DNA from: Dimorphilus gyrociliatus
Taxonomy: Eukaryota > Animalia > Annelida
Assembly (NCBI GenBank): GCA_904063045.1
Contig: CAJFCJ010000010.1
Span: 682,001 to 746,000, forward strand
Direction of reading: 5' to 3'
DNA length: 64,000 nucleotides
The notes under the pieces are model-generated. The model saw only the letters and a list, made by a program, of their open reading frames with translations. It was not told where the DNA came from and did not search any database. The translations under genes were made by a program, and so were the position numbers. Within the stretch, counting starts at the first letter, position 1; each line of letters opens with the position of its first letter. Below are positions 26,001 to 39,600 of the stretch, piece by piece.

Positions 26001-29000
26001 ATTATAATAATTGATAGTGTTAATAAGAAAAATGGGATTAAATAGAATAAAGGGGAAAAACGAAGAGGGGAGAGAAAAAAGGAAAGAGAGGGCATAAATA
26101 AAAAAAAATATTAGGTATTTGCGAGGGAAATGGAAGACGGGAAGAATTTTCATTATAAAGAATTTCGGTAAAGATTACTGAGAATTTTCTCTTAAGCTTA
26201 TCGCCAAAGCAAATGCAAATAAATTATTTTGCCCCAAGTTACAAAGTACAATGTTTTTTAGTCTAGCTCTTATTTTTTTCCCTGATGTTTTTCTTATTAA
26301 AACATACATGTACACACTGACATACGCACATATACAACAGATATCCACATCACGCAACTCTTATATACCGTATATACAGTATATTTATATTCATTCATTG
26401 CTTAGCTGGATAAGGGCCCATTCCCTTTTTATCCCTTTTCTTGTCCCTATTTCGCCTTCTTTCCTTTATTCCGCTGTATTTGCATATTGATAAATATATT
26501 TTATTAAATTTCTCCCCTATTATTTGAAGGGTTCTAACGGAACCCCTTTTAGTAGAAATCTATTCGTAAATTATATTTACCTAACCAGTCAGAACAAACA
26601 ACTTAGTTAGGTGGGCAGAAAAGAACATTAATCAATTAATAAAATAGAAAAAAAAAGAAATATGCTTCTAATACTTAAAAATAATAATCACAATTAATCT
26701 TTTAAATAAAAATATAGAGTAACAGAGAGAGAAAAGAAGAGAATATACCTATATATATATATATATATAAAGGTAATATCTATGCAAATCGCCACATGTT
26801 ACAGATTACACAAGCCTTTGCACCTGAGCTTTATAGATTTATAAAAGGAAATGTAAATAAATTTTTTACTCAACTTGAACAGTACAATTGTTCAAATAAA
26901 AGTCTGATAAATATTTCACTTATATTCATGTATGTAATTCATTATTAACTTTTATAAATATGGTATATATATATAGAAGTATAAATATATTTATGTAGTT
27001 GTATATTAAATATCAATTAATGCTTATTGACCAAAGAGCGCCGCCTAGTTTGGTATAATCAATTGAAAATGAGCTAGTAGTTAGTACTTTTATACTTTTA
27101 CTTTATACATATGACTTGCTAATAGTTATCTTTAATTAGAATCGATAAATAATATCTTAAATAGTTACTTTTTATATTGATGGATAATCACGATTACTAT
27201 GTTTATTAACTGTCAAATGACGATTTAAATAATCGAATATCTTTTGCCATTCTGAACAATGAGACAAACAAACGATCGTGCTTAAAACAAGCAGCTGTTT
27301 ATTGAACAGTCAAAAAAAGGGAAAAAGTTAACGTCACTCTATTCTTCTTTGTTTCAATGGGAAAAAACAGCAAGAGTTGATTGATGATAACACTCTCTTC
27401 TGACTTATCATTAAGTAATTAACGATTATGCAATGAAAATAGCGAGATTTCGTCCGTCCGAGCTTATCGGGAGGGTAGACGGAAATTACTTTAGCCTCGA
27501 GTTAGGGAACACAACCCGTAAGACTCTTCAATAATTGTTCTTCAAGTTCAAAGCGCAATCTTTTTAATACACTCTCTAATCAAGAACGGATTTTCGTCAA
27601 TGTCAAGGACATTCAATTTACGCCCATCAATCAATAATTACCTAGGGACGCGGCGGCTTCATCTAATTACGTTAATTACTCCGTCACCGATCGTTTTCTT
27701 CCGCTTTAGCGAAGACGTTCTTTTTCATCAAATTTCCATTGATTTCAGAAGATTTTCGCTCTAGCCAAACTTTCGAACCGCAACGGACTTGCTGTTGAGC
27801 ATATGGCAGCTATATTTATATTACGAGTTGATGAAAGACGCGTTCGCCAAGTGGGAGGTGGTCCCGGAGAAGAAAGAGGCGATTGCATCACATACCACCC
27901 CCGATGAGACCCATTTCACCTACTACTTTTTGTTCCTTTAGTTCCCTTTCAATATTATAAGTAGCCAGATTGATTTACCAAGGTCGGATCGATTAGGTCT
28001 ATAATTTATTGGTTTTTTACCGTGTTAAATAGCCTCGTCCGTATCTATAAATCTATGACATTACTCGGTGATTTCTGACGCTGACCAAGTTAGAGGCGAT
28101 CGTAAATAGGCCAATTGAATTCGAGATGTTTCGACGCCTCTTAATGAGTGGTTTGAGTGCATTATGCAATGTGGCTACCCGCTGATAAGCGTCCTGATCA
28201 AATTGTGGGAAAGAATGTCCAAGTGGAATAGAAAAGATTATGGACCTCAAAGACGATCGTTTATATAGCCCTTATCCGATTCCTAGCTCCCCTCTCTGGA
28301 ATATTCAAGAGGACATTAGACAGATTAAACCTTAGCTAAGTGAAGGAAAAAAGGGAAAAAGTATGGGAGGGAACAAAATGAAAAGGCGTCTCTTTTCTTT
28401 CGATCCACCGAGGCGAATTCAGATAAAATTGTAAAAATACCGTAAATAGACTAGGAAAATTGATGTCGAAAAAATCTATTCGCCAATTTCTTTCTGGGGG
28501 CAATCCGTAAAAAAATCTAGGGTTATTTGTATAGTATAGATTTTTTGATTTTTAAACCCTAGTCCCAGTCTGCTTGTAAGGTCGTTGTTTACTCATGTGC
28601 AAAAAGTTCAAATCAAAGATTTTAGAAATGCACTCTTCCAGATCAAATTGTGGGAAAGAATTTCTTTTCCAGTAGACTTAATATTTGAGGACCTACACCC
28701 CTTACCAATTATTTCACTGATACTCATAAACATCACCATAACAAAGATAATTCCGCAGAGACTCTGGACGAGAGACAAAAGGAATATAGATGAAAAAACT
28801 AAGACGGTAGTTTTTTCTCATCTTCTCCCTATCATGTAGTAAACTCACGAACTAGAAACTTATAAATATTAAAAAGACTCAAACTGCTTACGACACTTCT
28901 TCACTTTCTTATGATAGAATTATTCACGCAAAGTTAAATAGTAAATTAGTTGTACCTTGGTCTTTCCATCTAACATACTGCATTTGTAATGGAATTTTAT

Positions 29001-32000
29001 TACTCATATGCATCTTAGAGATGGTGGAACTAGTCATTTTCATATCTTTTTTACTTGTATTATATTTCATATTTATTCATATTTGCGCTCATAGAAATAG
29101 CTCTAAAGAATAATTTTCTTCCTCTCTTTCTCTTTCTCGCTGTCTCTCTGACATTTTCTCTTTTGATAGCCCATTACGTAGAAAAATTATAAATTAGACA
29201 AAGCTTCGACCTTGGCAACGTCTGAGTAAAACGATAATAACAGATTATAATGTGAAATAATTGCCGGTGATAATTGTCCATAATAAGCGAATTTGCCATC
29301 TCCTTGAATTAGTAACTTTTAATAAAGTTCCCTCATATCTGAGGGATTAATAAGACAAAAAAATGTCTCTTTGTTCGTAGCTACCAGCAGAAAAGAGAAA
29401 GTCAATAATTCATTGTTTTCGTAATTTTTTTTCAAAATAATTCAAGTTCAAACAAACAAAGTTCAAACAAAAAAAAGCATGCCACTTACCACTAAGAGAA
29501 ACTTGAAAAAGGAGAAATATATGAATAGAACAAAAAAACGAAAAGTCAGATAAAGATGGAAAGTGGGGATATAGGGAAAGAAAGAAAATTGAAAAGGAAA
29601 GATATAAAGAAAAGGAATAGCTTAGTAAAAAGACAGCCGCCTGCTTCATCGAAGATTTTAAAAGAAACATATAAATTCCCTAGATCGTATTGTAAATATT
29701 TAAAAGACAAAAGCAGACTTTCATTGTCCGCCTAAAAGTCACGTTATAACAAGAACTAAGTAACGTAATATTAACTGGAAAAAAAATTATAGTAAAGAAA
29801 GAGCGAAAGGGTGGAGGGGCTGGAAAGAGAAAATAAGTTCTCTTCAATGTCTATCAAGGAAACTCTGTAGTTGGGTTTATAGAGCATTAAAGATATTTTA
29901 TAGAAGAATCGTGACTCGAACATTTTTTAACAAACAGTCACGAAAATTGTAAATGCAATATTAAAAAAGAAAAAAATACTGGGGAGTCATGAATTTGAAC
30001 TTTATTCCAATTGTACGCAAGGGATCGATTTTTTTATCCTTTATAATTGAGACTTTAGGCGTATGTAATGTCTAGTTTTTATTTCAATTGTTATTTCAGT
30101 TAATTTTGTCTTTTTTAAGGGTCTTTGAATAGGAGCATTAATCTATGTTCTTACTTTATACATGCCCTTTACAACAACGAAAGAAAGAGAGTAAATTCTA
30201 TTTATAACATTATATTTAATCCTCTCTTCCTTCTTCTTCTACCTTTTTCTTTTCCTTGTTTAAATATGATAAATAGAAGGAAAAATAGCCATTTCTTCCT
30301 TGTTTTGTGAAAGGCTTTACGTTTTCCTTCTGCTATATTTTTCTGTAGAAAACTTATAGATTTCGTATTTTGGTATAGTACTAAATGTTTTTATAAGGTT
30401 ACATGTATACCATATGTGGGATTAGTCTAAATCTTTTCCATACAATATAAAATACTATAAAGGAATACGTAACAGATAAAGAAAAAGGGAATAGAATTAG
30501 TTAAAAAAGAGAGAATAGAGGAAACTGTCAACACATAAGGCAGTTAATCTGTAAAGCTGTTCTGAGAAGAATTTGACACAATTAAGATGGTTTATAGGAA
30601 GCCGTATTACGCTATGGCTCCATTAGATATTTCTTGCTTTTAAATATATAGTATTGAAGGAATGTAGTAGGAATGACATTAGGGAAATGAAGTGAAAATT
30701 TAAATTAATTAGACCCAAGCTAAAAAGGGTTTTTTCTGAGAAAGGGACATAAAAATAAGATGATAAATAGCCTACATCTACATATGAAAAATGTGTGGTA
30801 TTTGGATGGATTTTTTTATATGAACATTGTCATATTCTTTATTATTTGCATGATGAAAACTGATTTAAGAGTAAAGTTCCGTAAGGAATGGATAAAAAAC
30901 TGCATAACATATGCCTTTCAAATCTTCTCTGACAGGCTGTCATTGGTAACGCTTTGTTTGTCTATTTTGTATATCTATTTAACGAAACGGTATGATTATG
31001 TAATCAGAAGAGAATATGAAAGCGAAAGGCCAACTGTATAGCTTGCTATAGTATATCGTTTAGATCGAAAAAAGTGCGCTATGTTTGTAGAAGACGATAA
31101 ATTATTTAGAAACGACCCGAGGCGCGAGCCTTGAATTGCATCTCAGTTCGATCTTGTTCCTTTTTACTCCTATCCATTATTCACCATCCTTTTCCCATAT
31201 TGTACGACAAGGGAAAAAATGTGCCCGGTTCACAGTACTTTTACTCCTCCTCCTCTCGTCCACACATCAAACAGATAAGCGAAAAAAAAGGCGAAGAATT
31301 TTTCGCAAGTTCAAAAGAATAGGTGGTACCACCCCCATTCTTGAAGCTATATCATTAGCATGTCATTTTGTGCCAAGGGTGGGTTTTATCTTTATAAAAA
31401 AAATGAGAAAGAAATCTGAAGACGATAAAAGAAAATACCGACATTTTCAAGATGTATGCATATAAAAAAAATCAATACAATCTTCAACTATTGTCAGTTT
31501 TATTACTATTATTACTTGTATTATATAAATTTGTTTTTATTTAAATAGCTTTATATCCCATTTCACATATTGTTAAACATTCCGTTTTAAAACAGCTTAA
31601 GAAACTATGTAATAAAGTTATTAAACACTTTTACCAATTAAGAAATTTTCCGGTGATAAAGCTAATCTTTTTATCGGATCATGTTCTTAATTTAACGATA
31701 GAGCTTTATACATTATGGTACCTTCTTATGTATCTGCTCAACACAATGTTAAATTGTAACTGAGTCTATGGATTAATCTGTACTAAAATACTCGCTGTTC
31801 TCTATGTATAGGTTACTTTATAATTAACTTTATTCAGTTAATACTTTTCTTCTTCAATTTTAAAAACTAGTTTTATGATGGTTTACTGATTTCCTTTATA
31901 TTCTATATAAATCTAACTATAGATATATGTGTATGTCTATATAAAGTACTGCAATTATAATTAAATGAATTAATATCAGTTTTTTATCATTTTTCTTTCA

Positions 32001-33638
32001 ACAGGTCTTTGTAATCAAAATATGGGATTAGAAAATATGCGTATTCCTGATGATGCTATAACAGCCAGCTCCTACAATAGTTCAGCAACGATTCCTCAAC
32101 ACGTCAGGTTCGTATACGTGTAAATAATTGGAGAAACTGCAAAGTATGAGAGCTGTACACACGCGCACGCTTTCTTTTTCATAGAACGCGAACGCCCTTC
32201 ACCATAATTGCCGACTCATTAACGGTTTTTTCCTTCGTTTTTCACCCATTACACCAAAATTACTTCAATACGAGACGAAATCGTCTTAAGAGTACACCAT
32301 TAAATATACTTTCTTTCTTTTCGCCTATAATTACAACTAATTTACATATTCTATCATAACAACTTAATTAAAAATCTGTCGTGTATTATATTATATAATA
32401 AGACAAGGAAATACGAAATTACTGTCATTAATATTCATGAAATGAAGTATGAATTGTATTAGAAAGTGAAACGAATTGAAAAATATATTTATGAATAATA
32501 TGTAAATCACATTTCAATAAGAAAGTGATAGAACTGCAAAAACTAGAGAGAAAACTACCATAAATAGACAATGAATCATATTTTGTAGGATTAAATAGGA
32601 AGTTGGAGAGAAAGCATAGTACCAAACATTTTTATTAAGTAAATAATTAATGAATGGCCAGTCATTGATTACCAAGAAAATAAAGAATGATTACAACATG
32701 AATATATTTATAAAAAAATTACTCTCTATTTAGGATCAAATTAAGAAAATATTCTCAATGTTTATTAAAACTGTTTCCCTAATAAATAAAAACAATCGAA
32801 GATTATATATCTGTAGTTTCTTGTAAAAAAGAAAAACATATGGACTGTTGAAAAGTTGGCAGGTGTGACTGTGAAGTATATAAAACTAAAACTGTTTCTG
32901 ACCGATATATATATACTGTATATATATATATATATCCTTTATACAATACTGACAACTCTTACACTATTTTGATTCAATCTTTGCAAGTTTTGCTTTCAAT
33001 TCCGACAAAAAGTTATCTCTAATTATTCATTCAATTATTATTACTAGTAACACCATTCGTTGTTTTTGTAATACTATATTCTACTTGATATTTATACTAT
33101 TAAAAGAAAAGTATTAAAAATATTAATCATTAGACACGAAGAAAGCCTAATTTCTTTTTTAAACTTTATACAATTAATAAAAAAAGACTTTTTTTCTTCT
33201 TATTTCTCAAATACATTGAAATAAATGCTTTAAAGCGGATAATAAGACTTAATAGCTTTACTTATTTATTTTTCCGATTTCTACAGAAAAACCCTTAGAG
33301 GAGGCGATCCTCAAGCGTGGTGCCCTAAGGGTGAGACAAAGCCGGATTCGAACGAATGGTTGCAGGTGGATTTAAGGGGATTATATTCCATAACATATGT
33401 GGAAACATTGGGAAGAATGAAAGATGGGGTAAGGATGTAATAGATTACTAGATATTTAATGTTATCAATTATAAAACAACGAGAAGAAAGAAAAATTGTT
33501 TCATTGATCGTTTTGTTTTGAAATTTTTTATAGTACTAGTAAATAGTATCGAAATATGTTGTTTACGAGATGGAAAAAGTGGGGTAAACAATGTTACAGC
33601 ATTTTGTATTTTTATTTTCCTATTAACCTACATTCTAT

Positions 33639-33669
<31 letters not shown>

Positions 33670-36600
33670 TGCTATTATATATACAGTATATATAAATTTA
33701 TATAGTAATATATACTGTATATGTCATAATAGACATATATTTTGTATACGTACTGTATATAGAAAGAGTTTAAAAGAAAAGGCATGATAGAAAACAGAGA
33801 AATCGCTTGGAAAGGAAGCGCTTTTACGACGGAAAAAAGAAAAGAATGTATCCAATGAAGCGATGTAAAACTGAATAGTGCCACTAGCTATCCGCAATTC
33901 TATTTTATTTAGACATTTTCAAAAAACAGGATGTTTCTCGTTGCTTTTACAAATATGAATATTAACTTGGGTATAGCAGCTATTGATTTCTTCTCCGTTT
34001 TGTTTTGTACTACATTAAATGGGTCGATTATATGACGCCAAACGTAGTCTATCAGTATATAATTAATCGTTATACTTGCTTAATTAGTTTATGTATAAAA
34101 TCTTTTTAATTGTTTGGATAACATTGTAGGATTGAGTTATTTAACCTCCTAGAATAGCCTTTTACCCTCTCCTACCCACCATACTTTTGACCGTCAAGGG
34201 AGTATGGAAAGTTAGTAACTTCGCGCCAAATTCGTATTAAATCTTCATCGGAGGGAATATAGAATTTCTGTAGCATAACTTTCCAATTTGGAATATACGC
34301 CGAAACTACAGTCTATGGTATAAAGTGTATATTAGTGATATATATGTATATATAGTTTATGCACTGTATATATTACGTGTAGGGTATGTGCAGTGTATTT
34401 TTATTTATTTAAATATCTGTTTTTTGCTTTATAAACAGAGCTCTCAATTCTTCTCACCTCTACTTCGACTAGCCTATAAACGTGAGGAAGAAGGTCCATG
34501 GATATTCTACAAAAACAAGACGGGTGGCACTGTAAGTAAACTTGTCTATCTAACTCTTCTCTATATACACCCCCCACCGCCTCTTGCCCCCTACCCCATA
34601 CCTCTTCTCCCTTGTCCTTCTTTTTTCGACGGACTCATGAAAAATTCACGTCACGTCGATGGAAAATTGAATAGAAGGGCGCCAGAAACGAATCCCGCAG
34701 AGTTTGGCGTTCGCCACCTTGCCACTGCCAGACTAATTTGTGGAAATTCCTTATGAATATTCATGACTAGAAGGTTGCCTAATTAAATCTGGCTAAAGTA
34801 CGGCCTATTCGCCGTAAATTTTTCATAAGATAGCAAGGAAATATCTTTCGAAGCGGTATTTCACTTTTAGCAATGGGTAAACAAAGGAAATTAAGTGAAG
34901 TAACTTTTATCAGCGAAAGCCTTCTAACGGGGGTCTTTTAGGGTCATCTATAAAAGATTAGAAAAATATCATTTATAATCAATTAGATAAGAGCCGCAGG
35001 AAGGGAGAAATATTTTTGTTTTTACTGCGATACGCACACAGGGAACATGTTATTTACTGTTTAAAAGTTTTACATATAAAAAATAGTGACAGTTAAGATA
35101 AACTCTTTTCAAGTTTGGCATTTGTTTTTCATTCATCACAAAAACGACTATAATTTCTAGCAGATGGTGCTTCTTTTAAGCGACTATTGGTTGGAAAATT
35201 CATGAAAAATAATGATAAATATCCATTTTCTTGACCAATTTCCATCTGTGTCCATTTACCTCTGAGGGGGAAGATCAGACGAAGAACAAAAGATGGAAAA
35301 ATCTGTCTGCTTTCAATGTTTATATCGTTTGCGAATGGATTTTTTTTTCATGTCTTTATTGAAAAAATAATTTTACTTTTATGAACTGCACCTGCTGTTT
35401 GAATTTCATGCCAAATCACATGATAGACAGATGAACTTTTTCAAGCTTATTTACATAAAACGCATCTGGACAAAAAGGGCAAAATGCAAAAAAAAGGGGA
35501 ATAGAAGGAAAGTGGAGAGTCTAAGGAAAAACTACAAATTGGTTGTTAAGGTTGATAATAATAATGATTAATTATAAAAATGACATAGATAAAAACATAC
35601 GCATATATTTAAAACACTAATCAACTAGAAGAGGAAAGAGAAAAGTTCAAATCTTTCCTCTAAGCACTCTACTATCTATTTATTTTGGTTTTTAGCCAAA
35701 GGACGAAAGATCTAATAACTTTCTCTTTTTTCCATTTCACCTAGGTATTTGCTTATTCTAATGAAATTTAAACTAAAGGTTCAAGTATTTTCTTACGCAA
35801 ATAATGTAAGTTATATATTAGAAATGTACTTTTATTTAATGAATTATATAGTAAACCTAAACGTTAAGGGTCTTGCTATAGGTTAGATCTATTTTTCTTC
35901 TAAATCTCTCATTAGACACTTTACAAACACCCAAATGTTCCTTTTTAGTCTTTAAACTAAATAATTTATTGTACGTTTGGGAGATTTAGTTTACCAACTT
36001 TTCTTTCAACACCATTTCTCTTAATATGCTAAAAAACCTTCAAGATAAAAAGGAAAGATCTACATTTCCTCTTTTTAAATATTATTAGCAGTAATAAGTC
36101 ATGTATAGGCTCGAATAAGGTCAAAAAAGCTTCATGTTGCTCTTCAAGCAATTTCACACCATATCAAAGCAAGAAATAGTGTGAACGTCGATTCATCTTT
36201 TAATGAATATTCATAAGAAAAAAAAGTACTCTCAACTCGTGAGTTTTCTCTAATAGACTTTAAAGCAGAGCCTTTTCTTCTGGCATCTCTTCCTCTCGCC
36301 TTTGTTTACCTAATAAAAATCGGATAACTAAATTGTTTCCGAAATAACAGTAATAGAGAGATAAAAACAAGAGATTTTCAAATTAATAGACATTATATTA
36401 AAGTTATAACAAAACAAATATAGAAAACAGAGTAGTAGAAGGGTAAGAAAAAAACTGGGCAAATTGCCGTATTCTACAGTTCTCAATTCTCTATTTGCAG
36501 TCGGTAGCGATCTTTGTCCCTTGCGGTTCTGGGCGCTCGGCGCTAAGTCGAAAATTGTTTATCTTCACTAGAATACTTTAGCCCGTTCGGCTGAAGATAG

Positions 36601-39600
36601 CGTTTGTTTTATTTTCTCCCCCCGCCGCGCTCTACTTGTTTGATACCAGTTAGCTTGAGTTAAAGAAATTATAAAAACGAAAAATATAAAGCGGACTTTG
36701 ACCGGTTAATTATTTACGCCGACCGGAAATGAGATGCGGCGCGCGTCGGAAACGCGTTGGAGACGCTGAGGGATAAAGTAGCTAATTTTTCTCTGTCTCT
36801 CACTGTTTCTCCTGTTACGTTCTGTCGAAGAACCAGATGTATTTACTATTTTATAAATTCAATCTTTGTTCTTATCAGCTAGAAGCTTTGTTATATTTTA
36901 GCCACCAGTGCCATCTATATTTGCTATTCTCATTACAAACAAGATAAATTTGATATAATTTTTTGTCTTTGTTTGTCATAGGCCTTAGCAAAAATTTGTT
37001 GCAAAAAACACTATAGTCAGTTCGGAGATATACAATGAGAGAGAAGATAAATACAATTCTATATATTTTATCGCTGCCAACCGTCACAACGTTTTATGAA
37101 GCTCTTTCCAAACGACAGATGGTATTTTTAGTTAATTGCATAGGTAATTTTATTGCCTAAAAAATCTTCCAACTCATCAACAAAACATCACGCAAAACAA
37201 CCGGGAAAATGGCGGGAAAACACAAATTTTATACTCTGAGAATGAATAAGAATAAAGAAATAGTATTATTTCTATATGTATTGCATAGACTTATATATAC
37301 AGTTGTTGCATACTGTATATATGTATCTATATAGAAAGTATATACTTATAAGCCATGACCTTCACTATAAAATGGTTTTTGATTAGTTGATGGCTAGACA
37401 GCTCTTATAAGGAAATAGCAATTTCGTTAAATAGAACGCATCAAATCCAGGCATACCTAGGCTATATTATTAGCTTTATAAATAAATATAATTGTATTTA
37501 CTCGGTTGAGTATCTTATTAATATAACTTATATTTTATTTAATTAAATAATTTCTCAGTTGAAATATGCTAATTTAATAACTTATTTAAATACTGCAAAG
37601 TTCCTAACTTCCGTTTTGGGAAGACAATAAATTGATAATAATACGTGAATTTTTTTAAATGATAATAGGACGAGAGAGTCTCCATGGTTTGTGCACAAAT
37701 TCTAGGACCGATATTGATTAGGATCAATGAATTTCACGGTAATTGATTGCGAGAGGAAAGGATCTTTTTGACCTTTGCACGAAAGCCAATACTATACATT
37801 CTACCTATAGGGATTTGCTACCAACTTTTCTCTATTTTATCTAATTTATATAGAATATAAAAGAAGAAATAATATACTTGTATAAATCATCTTTAATATA
37901 TTAATAAAGAAAACGGTAGAAGAAAAAAGAACCGGTAAAAATGAGGAAACTGTTATTATTTGCAATTGAATAAAAATGGGTCATGCTACAGCATATTTTA
38001 AGAAGGATGAAACTATATTATTTCTTTTTAAAACATAAAAGTACATATTGTATAGACATGAACTCATCTACACGAATCTTACTTGGTTTAGTATCTAAAA
38101 TATATAGTACACTTATATACGTTTAGAAATATGCAGTTATCCTTTTCGCAAACCTTTTTACGGACGATTAACTCCGTGAGGAAAAAAGTACGTTATTTTA
38201 TATTTTAGGTTCTTTGCTAATCTGTTTGATAACCCTCTTCTCAAATCTCCTTATTATTATTATTGTTATTATGTTTTTTTTTAAAAAAAAAAGATAATAA
38301 CAAAATAAAATAAAAGGGTATTTCTGGTTAACTCATTTTCCACATCAAAAGAAAAAAAAAGAAATTTGTAATGGAAAAAAAAAGAGAAAAAAAATCTGCA
38401 TTATAGACGGCCTTTGCGGATAAATTTGTTTAACCGTTCTTATTTTTACTCCTATATGGTCTAAATTTCGAATATTCTCACGTTTACCCGAGGCTAATGG
38501 GGATGTAATTTTTTTTAGTCCTATATATATTTTTTCTCCATTTCCCTATTTAATATCATTCATTGATTTTTTGTATTAATGAGTTTTCTTTTTTTTCTTC
38601 CCATCTATTAAATTAGCATATAAGAGGAAATCGGAATGCCTACGAATACCACGTCTTAAAGATTAATCCAGTTATTATAGCTCGTAAGTTACGCTTCTAT
38701 CCCACCGTGGCGGAGGGTAGCAAGAAAACTTGCTTGAGAATTGAATTATATGGTTGTAACTGGACTCAGAATATTGTTTGGTATAGTGCTCCACAAGGTC
38801 ACAGAAGAAACAAGCACCATTTAGCTTACACAGACCACATTTACGATGGAACTGTTACCGAAACGTATTTGTCCGGTGGATTAGGACTACTGACAGACGA
38901 TCATTACCCGAAGGGTCAAAATCTAAGGCACAAAGAGGCGAATGAATGGTTAGGGTGGAGAATGAAATCTCGGGAAATTCCAGTTGAAATAACGTTTAAA
39001 TTTGAAACTGTACGAAATTTTACAAATGTAGAGTTTTTTGCGAGTAATGATTTTCAGAGGAGCGTTAAGATGTTTAGTGTAGCTAAAATCTTCTTCTCTA
39101 TTGGTGGCTTATATTACACAAAAAAACCCATTATCTACCAAAATGCCCAGGATGAAGACATCACTTTCGCACGAAAAATACCCATACAGCTATATAACAG
39201 TATTGGAAGATATGTAAAATTTCAACTATTCTTTGAAGATAAATGGATACTCTTAGGCGAAGTTAAATTCAGTTCTTTTGAAGCAGCTGGTACATTTAAA
39301 CCAGAAAAACCTCCTCTAACTGCCGAACCGATAATACCTCGTTTTACTCGGTCAACTCAGAAGACCGCTGTAAAGGACAATGAACCGAATAGGATAAGAA
39401 ACGAATTTAATTATGAATTTTCATCAATATCCCCCTCTACACATTTGCCAGGCTCTGCCGAATTTAAGCAAGAGTATGTGGGAATCGTTAGCGGAATCGT
39501 CGTTGCGAAAATTTTCATTGTTCTTCTCCTCGTTATAGTCATTTATTATAGAAGACGAAGAAAAAAATATAGTAGGCAACCAAGCCCAGTTTCTTCTACG

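Noticed and set aside
26526-26546. Short hairpin GGGTTC-TAACG-GAACCC
   Set aside because: Too short, no second copy or target-site duplication to support a MITE or structured RNA.
34325-34756. 143-aa ORF in the track
   Set aside because: Only 34439-34531 is coding (DDR exon 4); the rest is intron read-through (TA-rich and C-rich tracts).
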